Below are positions 37,294 through 51,139 of a DNA stretch of 64,000 nucleotides, one piece after another. Position 1 is the first letter of the stretch, and the number at the start of each line of letters is the position of its first letter. The stretch comes from Xylographa opegraphella (Eukaryota): assembly GCA_022813865.1 (NCBI GenBank), contig JALDZX010000023.1:186001-250000 (forward strand), in the 5' to 3' direction. The position numbers were made by a program, and so were the translations under genes. The notes under the pieces are model-generated. The model worked only from the letters and a program-made list of their open reading frames with translations, was not told the origin of the DNA and searched no databases.

Positions 37294-38039
37294 AACCCAC
37301 CGAGCACGACGCCGTTTGTGATCCAACGACCATCGCTACATCCGGCATATTCCCACCACCATCACCTCCATACCCTCACCATGGTCATTCGGCATACCAG
37401 CTCCCCAGGATTTCAATCCACATTTAGCAAAGGTCGCCACATCAAACCATCTCCTACGCCCCCTCTCCCGCTTTCCGCCCCAACAAAAAACCTATCAAAA
37501 CCCCCGAAGCAATCCACAACCCCCAAACTCCATTCCATTCCATTTCCATCCCTTCCCACTCATTTCCAACCACCGCCCCCAAAAAACATCATGCCTCGAA
37601 CGCGCACAAAATTTTACTCTCAACTCTCAACTCTATAAACCAGTTAATAAATATTTCTCCCGTACCCCAACCATACTGCCCCCATACTCCCAAACCAGCC
37701 CCTAATCACCGCAACGACCACGAATGAGCGCTACACCGTTTTAGTGGTAAATGGCGAGTAAAAAGTAGTGAATCGGGAGTAGGGAATAAAAAGGCCTTAC
37801 TTAATGGTATTACTACGTAAATAAGGTATCTTACGTAAATAAGGTAAAATAGGTAAGGTATGAGAGGTAAGGTACCCTAGTAAGGTTAAACATATCCCCA
37901 CTAATTCATTCAACCCTACCCTTGTAAGCCCTAGTCCAGCTTGGGACTAGCTTAGCCCTAACGCCAGCGCCACCTCATCCAAATCTCAAATCTCCCTCAA
38001 CCTCAATAACATCCTTCAAATTCTCTCAAATCTCCCTTA

Positions 38040-38340
38040 CTCGAAAGTCGAAGTCGAAAGTCCAAAGTCGAAGCCGAAAACGGAATGAAAATTGAAATCA
38101 AAGTCGAAGTCGAAGTCGAAAATCAAAATAAGCCCACATCCCACCCTACCCCATCTCATCCCATCCCATCTCATCCCATCCCATCCTGTTAAGCGCTTCC
38201 CTTCCCTTCCCATCCTCCATCCCCAATCCCCAATCCTCAATCCCCAGTCCACAGCTACCCAGCCAGCCAGCCAGCCAGCCAGCTCCCGCACCGCACAGGA
38301 GTAAAGTTCAAGTATCCAAAACCAAACCAAACAAGCCGGA
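38040..38340. repeat. Mosaic of simple repeats: (TCGAAG)n, (CCATC)n, (CCCAAT)n, (GCCA)n, (AAACC)n
   Basis: Visible short tandem units. Confidence 0.8.
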
Positions 38341-38527
38341 TATGACGTCCACTACTCCTGCCATTTCTGGACTTCCATCTACCTACATCTACCCCACCCA
38401 CATGTAACCCCCTATCTCGACACCGACACCGATACCGAATGCATAATACAACATACCCCCTAACACAGCACGAGTATACCGTACAAAACCCCATTCCCTC
38501 CCTCTTCCCCCCTTCTAACCTAACCGC

Positions 38528-38577
38528 NNNNNNNNNNNNNNNNNNNNNNNNNNNNNNNNNNNNNNNNNNNNNNNNNN

Positions 38578-38640
<63 letters not shown>
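38528..38640. other. Assembly gap (50 N) followed by a poly-C run
   Basis: N at 38528-38577 and C homopolymer at 38578-38640. Confidence 0.95.
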
Positions 38641-38684
38641 ATCCCCCCCCAATCAACTCAACCCGCACTCCCCCCCCAATCAAC

Positions 38685-41600
38685 TCAACCCGCACTCCCC
38701 CCCCCGCCCCCAAAAAAGAACCCCTCAAACAAATCCACGCCAACGCCCTCGCTCCAATCATGCTCGCTGTCGAAGCCGAGGCCATAGCCCGGCTGACCGA
38801 CATACTGGCCCGTGGAGTCGGCGAGCAGGGAGCCGATATCGGGGTCGTCGTAGGCGAAGGGGTCGAAGGGGTCTATTAACGGGGGTGCGAGGTTTTGCTG
38901 TTGGAGGGGGGCGACGTAGGGGGGTGCGTATGTTTGTTGTTGCTGTTGATGCTGGGGATGGGGATGGGAGTGGGGATGAGGGTGATAGATTTGCTGCTGC
39001 TGCCCCTGCCCCTGCCCCTGCGCCGACGCGCCCCCCACCTCATCCCCAAACAGCGAATTCTGCTCCCCAAGCACCTGCTGCCACCTCCCCGCCCCACCCC
39101 CTCCCCCACCCCCCCTCACCTCCTCAGGAAACAGATCCCTCAGATCCATATCAAAGCGCGGCCTCGGGCGCTGGGGGCGAAAATAGCCGAGCTCGTTCTG
39201 CGCCTGGAGGAAGCCGTGCGAGCGCGCGGGCCGCGGCGGGACGCGGGCGCCAAAGCCCGTGGTCGAGAGGCACATGCGTACGGTGGCCTTGCTCATGCGC
39301 TCGAAGGCGTCGCGGCACGCTTCCGCGGGCGGGCACTTGTCCGTCAGGTCGCCGAGGACGGAGGTCGCGGCCAGGACGGTGAAGTCGACGTCGTCGAGGG
39401 TCTGGGTGGGGGGGGAAAAAGGGGCGGGTTAGTGTGGAGGTCAGACGCGATGATGAAATGTTGGACGAACGAGAGGGGGCGGGAGAAAAGGGGCGGGTTA
39501 GTGTGGAGGTCCGACGCGATAATGAGATTTCGGCCGAACGAACGAGCGTGGTGGTGCGAGGGAAAAGAAAAGAGGACGACATACCAACTGGCCGCGCACG
39601 GTCGGAGAGTGCCAAATAGCGTAGAGGAAAGCGATACCTACACCCGATCAGCCAACCCCTTCACAACTCTCCGTCCCGGGAGGGGGGAAGGGGGCCGACG
39701 GGGGTGGAATGTGCAGCGGGGTGTGACACATACCAGCCATGAAAAGATGGTGCGTGGCGAGAAAGGTATAGTTGACTAGATGCACGCGATGCAACTGCCG
39801 ATACAGCTTCAAGACCTTCTGCCCCGCCTCGGCGACCTTGAGAAAGACATCGTCGTCGTCCTCCTGCTGGCCGTCATCCACATTCACCGCCATCGGGCTC
39901 GCGATCTCCTCGCTGGGGCTGACCTCGCCGCCCAGCGCCGCGGGCACGGTCAGGCTCTGGCGGTAGAGCATGATGACGGCCTGCCAGTAATTGAGCTCGA
40001 GGAACTGCACGCGGAACTGGACGGCCGTCGCCTGCTGCGCCGGCGCGCTTTCCTTCCACTCCCACAGCCGGCGATCGATGTCGGCGCGCCAGGCGACGAA
40101 GCTGTCGAAGCTGTCGAGGAACGGGTTCGGCAGCTGGGCGGGCATGAACTCGTTCGCGCGGCTGCGGCCCCGCCGCCGTGCCTCGTGCGCCTGCCGGTAC
40201 TGCAGCACGTGCATGATCTCCGACTGCAGGATGCGCAGCCGGAAGTAGTGGTGCGCGACGCGCTTGTAGCTCGGGTCCGCGTACGCGTGCGACGTGAAGC
40301 CCGACGTGCTGATGTAGTTGTCGTCCAGGATGGAGGGGAACTCCGTCGTGATGACCTGGTCCGTGATGCCGAACGGGCGGCCGACACACGTGCTGACCAG
40401 TCGGTCGAAGGAGTACACGCACCACCAGAGGCGCCGGCGCAGGTCGCGGACCCATTCCCGCCGTCCCCTTTCCTTGTGGTCGATCTTCCTCGGGTGGACA
40501 CCAGCAGCATGCATGACCACGTCATGCGGCCGCGCCCCGTGTTCGCTCCCTCCGTTCTCATCGATGCCCGTCCCGTCCTCGTAGTGCAGACCGAGATCCA
40601 CAGCGAGGCGGACAGCAACTCCCACAATGTACCACAGACCGGGCGCAACCGGGCGCAGCAAGGCGAACCCCGCGAGCAGCAGAACGGCTTGCAACTCCTC
40701 CAGAGATCCGCCAAACCCTTCCGGACGGTCGGCAGCAGGTGTGGATCCGAGGAAATTCTCCAGATGCACCATGGCGGAAGCATGGTACTCCTCGGGCTGG
40801 AACTGCTGAGTCGACAGTTTGAGTTTCTTGGGCATCGGGGTCGGAGACTCCGCTTTGATTGGCCCAGTCGAATTCGCGGAAGCGGAGGAGGGTGAGCCTG
40901 CATTCGGTGAATCCAAAATGATGCCCGACCCAATTGCGAAAACGATGTTCAGCATGTACAGCTCCCGCGGCGATCGTTTGCGGTCATCGGAACTGTACGC
41001 TCTGTCGAAAAGCGACATGAACTCTCCCCGATGCAGGATGGGTATCTGTGGGTTCGCGTACTCGAAGTAGAGATTGACCAGCCGTACGCCGACGTCTCGG
41101 TCGGGGAAAGGAGCTTTCTTGAACGCGGGCTTCGACTGGAGGCCAAAGAAGGAATCTCTCATCGACGTCCCGCTCACAGCAGCCGCTCCCGAGTCGGCTG
41201 GCCTGCTGGGCCGGATGCCAGCGCGCTCGGAATGCGAGCTCGAAACCGAGCTTCGCACGGCCGCGAAGACGACGCGGGCGAAGGAGATTCCTGACGTCGA
41301 GCCCAGATAGCGTGGGTCCGATGCCCCTTGCACCGAGACCAGACCGATGTTCGAGACCAGCTTATCCAGCTTTTCCGCTTCATCCTGTTTGTGATCCCAC
41401 CCCGTGGTCGACAGACTCTCCCCGCTCCCCTCGGGACTCTTGTCGCTGCCGTTGCTTTGACCGCCACGTTCAGTGCCTGGCGATTGAAGCGACGAGTGGT
41501 CGACGATGATCGGCTTGGTGCCGAGATCGAAGTCCTCGGCCGGTGCAAATGCAATGCCACGGCCACTCAGCAGTGACTCCAGGTAAGCCACCCGGCTCTC

Positions 41601-41900
41601 GAGGTAGTAGACGTATGCCCGCGGGATCTGTCTCTTCGTGGTCGGGTCGTAGCCCACGCACTTGACCCGGGCCTTTTCGCACGACGTACAATGTGGCAGG
41701 TTCTGGTCGCATTTGTTCTTGCGCGACCGGCAGCGATTGCAAGCGGAGACATTGCGAAAGGAGGAGGCGGAGGCGCCGTGGGTGGACGAGACCGAGGGTG
41801 CGGACGATTGCGATTGCGATTGCGATTGCTCGCTCGGTGGGGTGAAGGCGCGCGGTGAATCTGGTTGGCGAGCACGTTTAGTACCAGCGTGAGGATTCAT
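38685..41900 (-). CDS. uaY: Zn(II)2Cys6 transcription factor, positive regulator of purine utilisation (UaY/Ppr1 family)
   Basis: FRNVSACNRCRSRKNKCDQNLPHCTSCEKARVKCVGYDPTTKRQIPRAYVYYLESRV, YLGSTSGISFARVV, and fungal TF domain AVDLGLH...RRRLWWCVYSFDRLVSTCVGRPFGI. Introns 39733-39638 and 39584-39402. Confidence 0.9.
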
Positions 41901-42668
41901 TTGATTCTTTCGGAAGTCGCAACTGGCGGGGGATACCTGTCGGACGCTGCCGATGAACTTAGGACGGAGACGGTCGCATGTGGGATGGAAGCAACAGGAA
42001 TCCGGCGCACCCCGAGGGTGGGCTGTGGGATCTATGGTGTTTGTTCAACTCGCCCCATCGCTGCAGGTTTCGACAAAACCCGCGGCAGGTGAGGGAGCTT
42101 ATCGCATGCACCGCATTAATAATTGAGACCGCTATCGTTAAGCTTACAACACTGTGGCGTAAGATCCTTCGATTGCCAACCCGCGAATTATGCTTAAATC
42201 GGGAGCATACAACACGTCACCAACATCACACACCAAGCATTGCCTTCGCCGCACGGAACGGCAGGATGAGCACCAAGCATTGGGACGGGAGCCGTTGCAC
42301 ATGGGTCAGATCGAAGTTTCATATTCTATCCAAGCCACAGCTCTTGGCCTCGTACGAAAGGTTTGAGTCCCAAGAATCAGCAACATCTAAATCAGAACGG
42401 GATCCTAACGAATGCCACCGCCGTCTTTGGAGGTCTGTAAAGCCAGCCTGACTCCGAAGCCCATGCCGATTTGTCCCACCACATAAGCGTAGCGCCCCAA
42501 AATGTCCCAGATCCCACAGTGATGCTTTGCCCGTCTAGTCTATTGGGGCTCTCCTCACCCGCGTGTTGGAAATGCTGCAGAAATTCGTAATGGTGGAAAG
42601 GTCTGTGCCGGACAGTGTTCTATCGATTCACCGTCATCGTAAAGCTCGTGAGATGATGGGCCACACTG

Positions 42669-44731
42669 CTAAGTCGGTGGCGGTGGATCACGGCCAATCT
42701 TAGCCTTGTCGGGCGTCGTGGCGGCGTTGATGGCCGCATCGATTGCGTGGGGGTCGAGAAACGCCTCCTCCACTCGAGACTCCTCCTCTACCACGTCTAC
42801 AGCATCCATTCGGCCCGCTGCTTCTGTCATCCAGAGGCTTTCGACGGCCGCGATGATACAGATGAGACCACTCGCCCACCACGCAAGGCCCGCGTACCCC
42901 ATTTCGAGGCCCCAAGCGTGGATGATGCCCGACAGCGTCGGCCCGAATGCTCGCGCGAGACTAGCGATCGAGGCTGCAACGCCGTTGATGAGGCCCAGAA
43001 CCATCATGGAGGGAGCTGAGTTCGTGATGAGGATCGTCATTGCCGGAAAAGCGAGAACCTGCGCCGTGATCTTCCACATCAAACAGGAGAATATTCCACC
43101 ATATTGAAGACGTTCAGGAAGAAACACCAGATACGGCACGAGGAAGTAGAGGATCGGCCAAGACATCACCACGAACCGGAACGTTGCCAAGCTTCCAAAC
43201 CTCTGCACCACGATGGGGAAAAAGAAGATCGTGGCAATCATCGAATACGCACCCTGGATCGCCATCATGACACCGATATCTTTTGTGGGCATCGCAAATC
43301 CTCCAACAAACTTGAACGGTAATGATGCTGGCACGTGAGAGACTTTTTCACTGAGAAAAACTGGCATGAGCTGATCGAAGGAAATCGAGTGACTAATATA
43401 AGGTCAGTCAAGTGATTTCTGCATTGATACAGTACACACTCACTACGCAAGAAGACCGTATCCGATGATGTTGAGTATGACCTGTTTGGTGAAGGCTTTC
43501 TGGGCTGCGCGTGGTTTCCGTCGGGCGTCTGCCTCAGCCTTCATTGGAGATGGAGTACGAGACGACGGGATGCGCGGGGATCCATCAGTCGTTCGATAAC
43601 CCGGGGGAAGCTCGTCTCCAAGAAGCGAATTTGCTTCATCACAACTTCCCTCGGCATCCTTATCAACGATCGGGAACCGCTCTGGCTCCCTCCGAAAGGG
43701 CCGTAGTAACCATTTTCCAGCTTCGAGACCATAGTCTCTCCGATCCTTGAGTTCCTGATGAGTTTCTTCGAGGAACAGGATACCGATCGTCACACCACAC
43801 GCTAGAATGACAGCACAAATCAAATTGGGCAACAGAAATGGGAACCGGTCAAAAATCGTGCCACGTGGAAATACCGAGGGATAGCTGAGACACGGTTGGG
43901 CGAGTGCACCACCGAGAGCTGGGCCAAGGATGGATCTAAGCTCGACGTCAGATGCTGGACTCGAGCCATACAGTGCGGTGCACTCACCCAAGACACCATA
44001 CAAATGGCATAATCGAGTATGCCCGAGCTGGAACAAGTCAGTACAACCGATAATGAATCATTTCATCCCAGTCGGAATCTCACGTTGGTGCTCCTTGACG
44101 GTAATCATTTCGGCCACAGTCGTCTGCAAAACGCCAATATTTCTGTGAAAGAATCTCGTTAGCTACTAATGGCACGGAAACCTCTAGGCAGATCAAATTC
44201 AGGCACACATACCCGTTGAGCAAGCCTCCGAGAGCACGACCAACGAGCGCCACCGGAAGGTTTGGCGCGAAGCCAAATATGACCATACTCAGTCCCGTGC
44301 CCGCCAGACCTCCAACGAGGACAGGCTTCCGCCCGATCCTATCGCTCAAGCGTCCCCACACCACCCCCGACGAGAACTCGGCGAAGGCGAAGGCCGAGGT
44401 CACCATGCCGGCGTAGATGGCTATCTCGTTATCGGAGGAGGTGATGTTGAAGGACAATATCATGTAGTAAATGTAGGGAAAGATCGACATGAATGCAATA
44501 GGTTCGCAAATCCGACAGAGTGCTGCCATCAATCGATATCGTTAGCATTGCTGCTGCTCATGCCCATGGGACAGGAACCATCTCCCCATGCACCAGGGGG
44601 ACGTCCACACCGGCGCAGACCGGCGACTTGGATGACATACCTAAGACAAACAGCTGCTTTGTTGGAAAAGTCGCGGTCGTGCGGCCGCTGGTCAACGGCC
44701 GCCCTCTGGTGGACATTTGGTGGAGTGCCAT
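42669..44731 (-). CDS. MFS transporter (DHA1/ZIF-like family)
   Basis: FPTKQLFVLALCRICEPIAFMSIFPY, WGRLSDRIGRKPV, GRALGGLLNGN, LGPALGG and LARAFGP. Five canonical introns splice in frame. Confidence 0.9.
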
Positions 44732-45675
44732 GGTATGCTGCACCGGAGCGAGGAAGGAGGCGGACGGTCGAGGGTCAGAAGGGGATGATATTGGTCAATG
44801 GCGGGTATAAATCCCCAACGGTGGGTGAATGTTCGACGCCAGGATGATCTGCAGGCTTGTGGCGTCCACGGCGCTGGGATTTATGCAGGAGGGAAGGTAA
44901 AAGACTGATGGTGTGAAATCATGCACGAAATAATTGCTAGCCTGATCTCTCAACGGACTGAGTGTCGAGAGTGCTCAAGGCCCCAGAACTATTAGGCTGA
45001 ATGCAAAGCCGACCACTTTCCGTTTGGGGTGAGGTTAGCAGCAGACCGTATTGAAGCGATTCTGGGTCGATGGAAAGGGAAGATCAGGTCCACAGTGAGG
45101 ACCGGGGAAGTAGGAAGACGTTGACACGACATGAGATGGCAGACCACACAACACGCTTGGCCCCAACAGTGGCCCTTCCGGCATGGTAGGACGGTCCGGC
45201 TCCTGAAAAGAGAACGAGATGGGGCAAGATCGGTCGTTAGTCGAGAGGGACGTTTGCGAGCAAGGCAAACAATGGGGGCCCGTGGTACCGCAGAAGAGTA
45301 CGGAGTAGCGGTGTCGAAGTCATTATGATAGTACCGGGGGGGCTTGAAGGATGGTTAGTTGATGCTGATACGCCAGGGGCTCATATGTATGGCAGTTTTC
45401 CCAAGCCCATAGTATTGGGCCGTGTTGTAGCATGGCACCCATGAACGGGCAGAAATCCCATAGGATCCCCACCAGAGGGACATTGCGCCAAGCGAGAGCG
45501 CTAGCACGTCACGGCTTCTGGTTCAGACAGCGATGAAGGGCTTCGGGGGCGAAAGAAGGAGGGGGGTGGGTGGTGGGGACTTTTCGAAGGGGTTCTGGGA
45601 GCACACAACGGCTTTGTGTCGAGGATGTTTTTTTGGACGGTGGTCAAATCAAGAGTGAAGGACCAAGGAGGGGCG

Positions 45676-45721
45676 GAGAGGGAGAGAGGGAGAGAGGGAG
45701 AGAGGGAGAGAGGGAGAGAAA
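45676..45721. repeat. (GAGAGG)n purine microsatellite
   Basis: Visible tandem units. Confidence 0.8.
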
Positions 45722-48700
45722 GAAGGAGCCTGATCCATGGCTCGCCTCGAAGCGAAAGACCACCAGGCCCGATCGGGTCAAGGGCCAGGCAAGCCCAAAA
45801 CCCGCGGAAGCGGACAGCACGAACAAGGCGCTGAAAGCCAAGATGGACCGTGGCCCCACGGCAAACTCGAAAGCCCGGCCGACACTTTGTTGCTGCTGCT
45901 CAAGGCGGTAGGGATGTGCACACACGACCGAGTCGCAATGGGGGAATGCGAAGATTTCGGTTATCGCCGTTGTGTGTTTGCGTCGTCAGCGACTTTCACG
46001 CACCCGTGTACTGTGTGTACACACACACACACACACAACGCACACACTTTGACGCCCGTGTCTCGTGTCGCTCCGGGAATTCAGCGAGCAACGAGCGACG
46101 GCGACACGATGTGGCACCTCGACCGGCCCAACGCTGTGCATTTGCATCTGCGGGCGACTCGAGGGAAGCGCAACGAGCCGGCAGCAAAGGGCCGGTGCAA
46201 TCATCTCATCCCGCCATGGTGACGATGATCGCCTCCGACCGCTCCTGCCTGGGGGAAGGTGCCCGATGACGACGGGCATCATTGGGCACCAGGGGGGCCG
46301 GTGGGTGATTGGCCGACGGCTGAAAAGGCGGTGTAAGGCGGTGTGAGGCAGCACGGTTCCAGCGCGCGATGATTCCGGTTTCATTAACTGTTGTGCAGCT
46401 TGGTGCATCCGCTGCCGAGGGCTATGGGGGGGGTTTATGAGGGGTCCGGAGGGTGTTTTGGACCACAATGGCGGGCGGAGGACCGGTGCCGACGAGGTGA
46501 TGTGCGGACGGTTACTGTAGTCGCGTTCGTGGGCCGAGCTAAGAGGAGCCAAGAGAGAGAGCCAAGAGGAGCGACGCTGGCGGTGACGGCCAGCTAGCGT
46601 GGAGTTTATTGTGGGATTGCAAGCCCGTCCGTGGGGCGTCGGCAACGGTCATCTGACTGCGCTGGGCGGCCTCCGATCGTGAAGGCAAAGGTAGGGGGAC
46701 TCACTACTGTACGGAGCTACTACAGTACAGCAGGAGTGGTGGGCTGATAACTCCGTGGTAGTGCTCTGCTAACCTTATGCTAGACGGGGCCCCATAACTG
46801 CAGTGACCGGAACGGAGGCGTTGGAAGTGGGGGGAGCGGCCGGTAGATGACATTGACAGCATGGAAGGCCGTCGGAGAGAAGTTGGAGCTTAGGCCGGCA
46901 GGTTGTGGCAGCGCCGGACGATGTCATGGCAATGCCGGGGAATTGACTTCCGCCGCCCTTTGGCTGGATCGTGGGAAAGGCGAGCCGGGGGGGCGAAGAA
47001 GAGCGACGACTCCTTATTTCGACTCCCCTTCGGCTCCCCCCCCGCCCATAGCTGAGGCGGTAAGGGGGGGGTTTAAGGGGAGACAGGGGGGGCATGGTGG
47101 AGCTGCGAAGGGGGGACTTGATTTAAGCACTGACTGCAGGACATGCCACGCGTGTACCGGGATGCATTGCTGCAAGTAACTTTGGGGGGAGGGAAAAGCC
47201 ACGAGTCCGACCGAGCCTTCAGAAACCTTGGCAGGGCGACGGCCATCGAGGGGGAGATTATCCACGTTAGGCGCTTTTGGTCCAAGTGCGGGTGAGAGGT
47301 CAGTCAGGTGGCGGGGCAGCAAGCGCTTGCCTCTCTTGGGTCGTAGTACAAAAGTACCGAGGATGAAGGGGATTAGTGCTTTTAGTGGCTGACTAGAAGT
47401 ACGAGCAAACACTCCCCCCCTTTACCATAGTGGAACTTACGAGAGTACCTTAGGCTCCCTGTCACCACCCGCCCTGCCCCGTCGGCCCCCCTAAGCCCCC
47501 CCCTTCCGATACTGCAGTCGCCGCTAATCCCCCCACCAGAGAGAGATTATGACCACGATCACGATCATCCGCTCACCGACACCCCGTCGAAGGCGTGACG
47601 AGCAGGACGTCGAGGAAGATACGGAACTCCCATCCTCCGTCACCCACGCTGGACGAATCGTGCGAGTTCGCCACCCCTCGCTCAAGCGTGGAATTACCTC
47701 TTTCGTGCCGGAGGAGCACACGGCACCCCCCCCTCCCGTCTCCCTGCGTACTGCTGCATCCCGAACAAGGGAGCTGAGGACCACCGGGCTCGTGAAACTC
47801 CGCGTGGTGTCCAAAAATGATACCGCGCAGCCTGCGAGATGCACTGCATCCAAAAGTTCTCTGTCAGGCGGCCTGCAGGCACGGTAGGGTGCCCGTGCGC
47901 CCTGCTGGCACAACAGACGCGCCTGCCCTTTCGTGTGACCTCACCAGTGCATCCAGCGACCACTCAATCGGAGCCGCTGCAGCCATCATCGTTGCTCCCT
48001 CAGGTCCGATAACCACCCATGCCGCGTCCTCCCATATCTGCCACACAACCCACGACTTGACGGCCCAGGCCCGACATCGATGACCCTGGCATCCTGCCTT
48101 GACGCCCTGGCGTGAGGGCTGGGGATGCAGTGAAGCTGTCCAAATGAAGTCCGCTCTACCATCCCGATGGGTTTGTGGGAGTGTACCCTGGACCCGATAG
48201 GAAGAACCACGGATTAGGGTTACGCTAAGCCAGATGTCGCACAGGAGGGGTTACCACACCGCTCACCTGCTCCCCAGTCGTACAATGCGTTGTTTGAATG
48301 GGGAACGTCCCACAGCGCCTCTGGCCTCCGAGAGGCCTGTTTCACCCGGACGTCTGAGCGCGGTACCCATTCGGAGCACCAGCGGAGCGTGTACATGCAG
48401 CAAGGCGAGTGCTAACGTCGTATCCCCTTGGCTTTTCCATCAATCGGCTTGCTCGCCGCAACGGTGCATGAAGGTCGGCCCCGAAGCCTGCTGTCCGCTT
48501 GACACAAGGCATCCATCTTTGGGCATCAATCGAAATCCGATGTGGCTGATCTCACACAGCATCGCACTCCGAATCGCCCAGCTCGGCTTCTGATGCTGGT
48601 CGTGCTTTTTATGATGTGTCCCTCGACGAGCGGCGGCTCCGAGCGCATTCCCAAGCCTTGGGGTTTGCGCGAGCTGTGCAGCCTTTGGCAGCAACAAGCA

Positions 48701-51139
48701 ATCGTAAAATTCTTGCAGCTGACAGGAAGTATTCACGGCTGCGCAAAAACAACGGAAACGCGTACATCTGATTAGTCGGGCTAACGGTGGCGTGTAGGAT
48801 TGAGGATTGTGGCCAGCTGAGCAAACGCCAACATGCCGCTCAGCCCAGCCCGTCCGACGACGGAGGTGACTCGTCTCCAATCGAACCCACCGGCCTCCGA
48901 TGTATCGATTGTGCTCGGAAGCCATTCGAGGACCGCAGTGTTCCTCAAGGCTCGCTGTATTTCGAACCCTCTCGGAGGCCGGACGGTACGTGAATGCGCT
49001 TTCGGTTCCTTCGGACGCGGTCAAGGAATTGCACATCCTTCAACACGATCGGTCATTCCGATCACTAATCGAGATTTCTTTGTAATTGTCAGGCGCATTA
49101 CAAAGGGCTGCAGCGGGTTGAGAACCGACCCTCTCCTCCGCAGAACCTCGACCCCTCTCTACCCACGTTTTGCACTAAGCGAGAAGACAGGAAGATGTTT
49201 TTCTATCATGTTGATGCATCTTTCACAACGAATGGAAATTCAGACAGTGCAGCAAGAAAGATTTTTGGTAATGTTTCGAAACTCATATGATTTTTGGTAG
49301 TCATTCGAAACTCATAGCAGAAGATATGTTTTGTCTTCCACTTGCTTCGGCTTACGTACCCATCTATTTTATCATTACAAAATTCTCACGTCGCTCCTGT
49401 CTTTGCGTTTTGCCTTCATAATCCTTACGCTTCGCTCTGACTGACATCTCAGTGCACGTAAACAATGTAAAGAACCTTCCATCTCTTGCTCAACAGGCTG
49501 ATGATGGCCAAAAGAGGAGGACGGCTAATTATAGCCGTCTCCGAATGAACCGACGAGCAAAAGGCTTATCGATAAGCATGTGACTGCGCTCACCAACCAA
49601 GGCTCGTCTGGCGATTATCCTTTGCATCTCAGTCAGACCCATCGAGTGGAGTCTCAACTATACGGGACCCGTGCGTACGCTCTGGTACCTATCAAATGTA
49701 CTTGTTTGCGATGCACACCGACCAATACATAATCATCGGCTTCCCCATGACAATACGACACAGGGCCATAGCTAGACCATACCACGGCGAACCTTCCCCG
49801 TCCATTTCTCTGACCGTGCCAAACCCCAGCCGCGTCTCCCATGAAGCAGACAAAGCCCCCCCTTCCGCTCTATTCGCGACGCGCCCAAAAGCTATGATCT
49901 ATAGGACATACGCTCTCCCCCAATACCCTCGCCGAGCAGATCGCCCCGCTTTCTACAATATGCGAAGCACGTCCGCGCCTGCCAGGGAAGCGACCCGACC
50001 TCGGGGGCTTAGGAGCCGCGCTCTACCGGATATATCGTGGACGGGTCCGGCTCTGCTACGATGAGAGCGTAGCTGTTAAGTGGAGCGCGTGTCGGCTTGG
50101 GATGGGGATGTGGAAACTGAGGTTGGGGTTTGGTCTTTCTTGGGCTGGATGAGGAGGGTTGGGTTGCGTATACAAAGCCGGGGAAGAAAGGGCACAGGTG
50201 CGCATATTGCATGATGGGCTTCAGGACCTGGCTTTATCCCTGAGAACCTGGGTCAGGACGGTATGGGCATAGATGGGATCGACACAGAGATGGTTAGAGA
50301 ACGAGCGTTTTGTTTCTTCGCAGTGAGAGAAGTGCTGTGAAGGCCATGCTGGACAGACACGAGGATGAGCGTTGGTCGCGACCATCGTCCGGGTGGACGT
50401 TTCGCTGCTGTCGTGGAGCAGGCATGTTTCTAACTTGAGACTGCGCAGGATACGGAGTGGAAAGCGATGAATGGAGCGGGTGTTGGGCTCGGGCTCCGAT
50501 TGGCCGACGGATTTGGTCTCGAATTGGAGATAACAGAGATCGATACGGAGTACATTACAGTCGCTAAGCGCTTGAATTCTTTATTATGTCATTCTGCTGC
50601 GGGGTGTGGGATCAGCCACACACATGCACAGCCATTTATGAAGGCGAAGGCGAAGGCCACCGAAACCTGCAGAAAATGTCGCGGAGCGGCTCTGTTTCTA
50701 TGGTGTCATGTTTTGTAGAATGACTGAGTGGTATCGAGTTGATTGTGGGTTCGTCAAGTATAGGTAGATTTCTTCAAGTTCAAGATTACTGTTTACACAG
50801 GCCCTGAAATATATACATAATAGAAAGTATTGTCTCAGAATTGAATCTCTGAGAATACATTTCGCCCGATTGGGTTAGATCAGCTTTCGTAATCTAAAAC
50901 AAAGCCTATCGCTAGCCGACGGCGCAAGTTGCAAGGCAACAGGGCTGCGACGCAAAGGATGACCAACAACGCCTCCGTCAAAGCGACTTCCACCCACTTC
51001 TCTCCCACCTCTTCATCCGCCGTTCTCCCATCAAAGGCGACATTCTACTTCCTACTTCCTCATTTCACACACATTCTTTCGCATCGCATTCTCTCATCCT
51101 CACACATCACCGATAGTCTCGTCGAAGCCCCAGACAGCC

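Noticed and set aside
38255..38879. Poly-Pro/poly-Gly ORFs
   Set aside because: They run through the N gap and the adjacent poly-C tract, whose length is unreliable.
45000..50900. Many 60-220 aa ORFs in the long intergenic interval
   Set aside because: Overlapping in all frames and microsatellite-containing, with no codon bias or domain.
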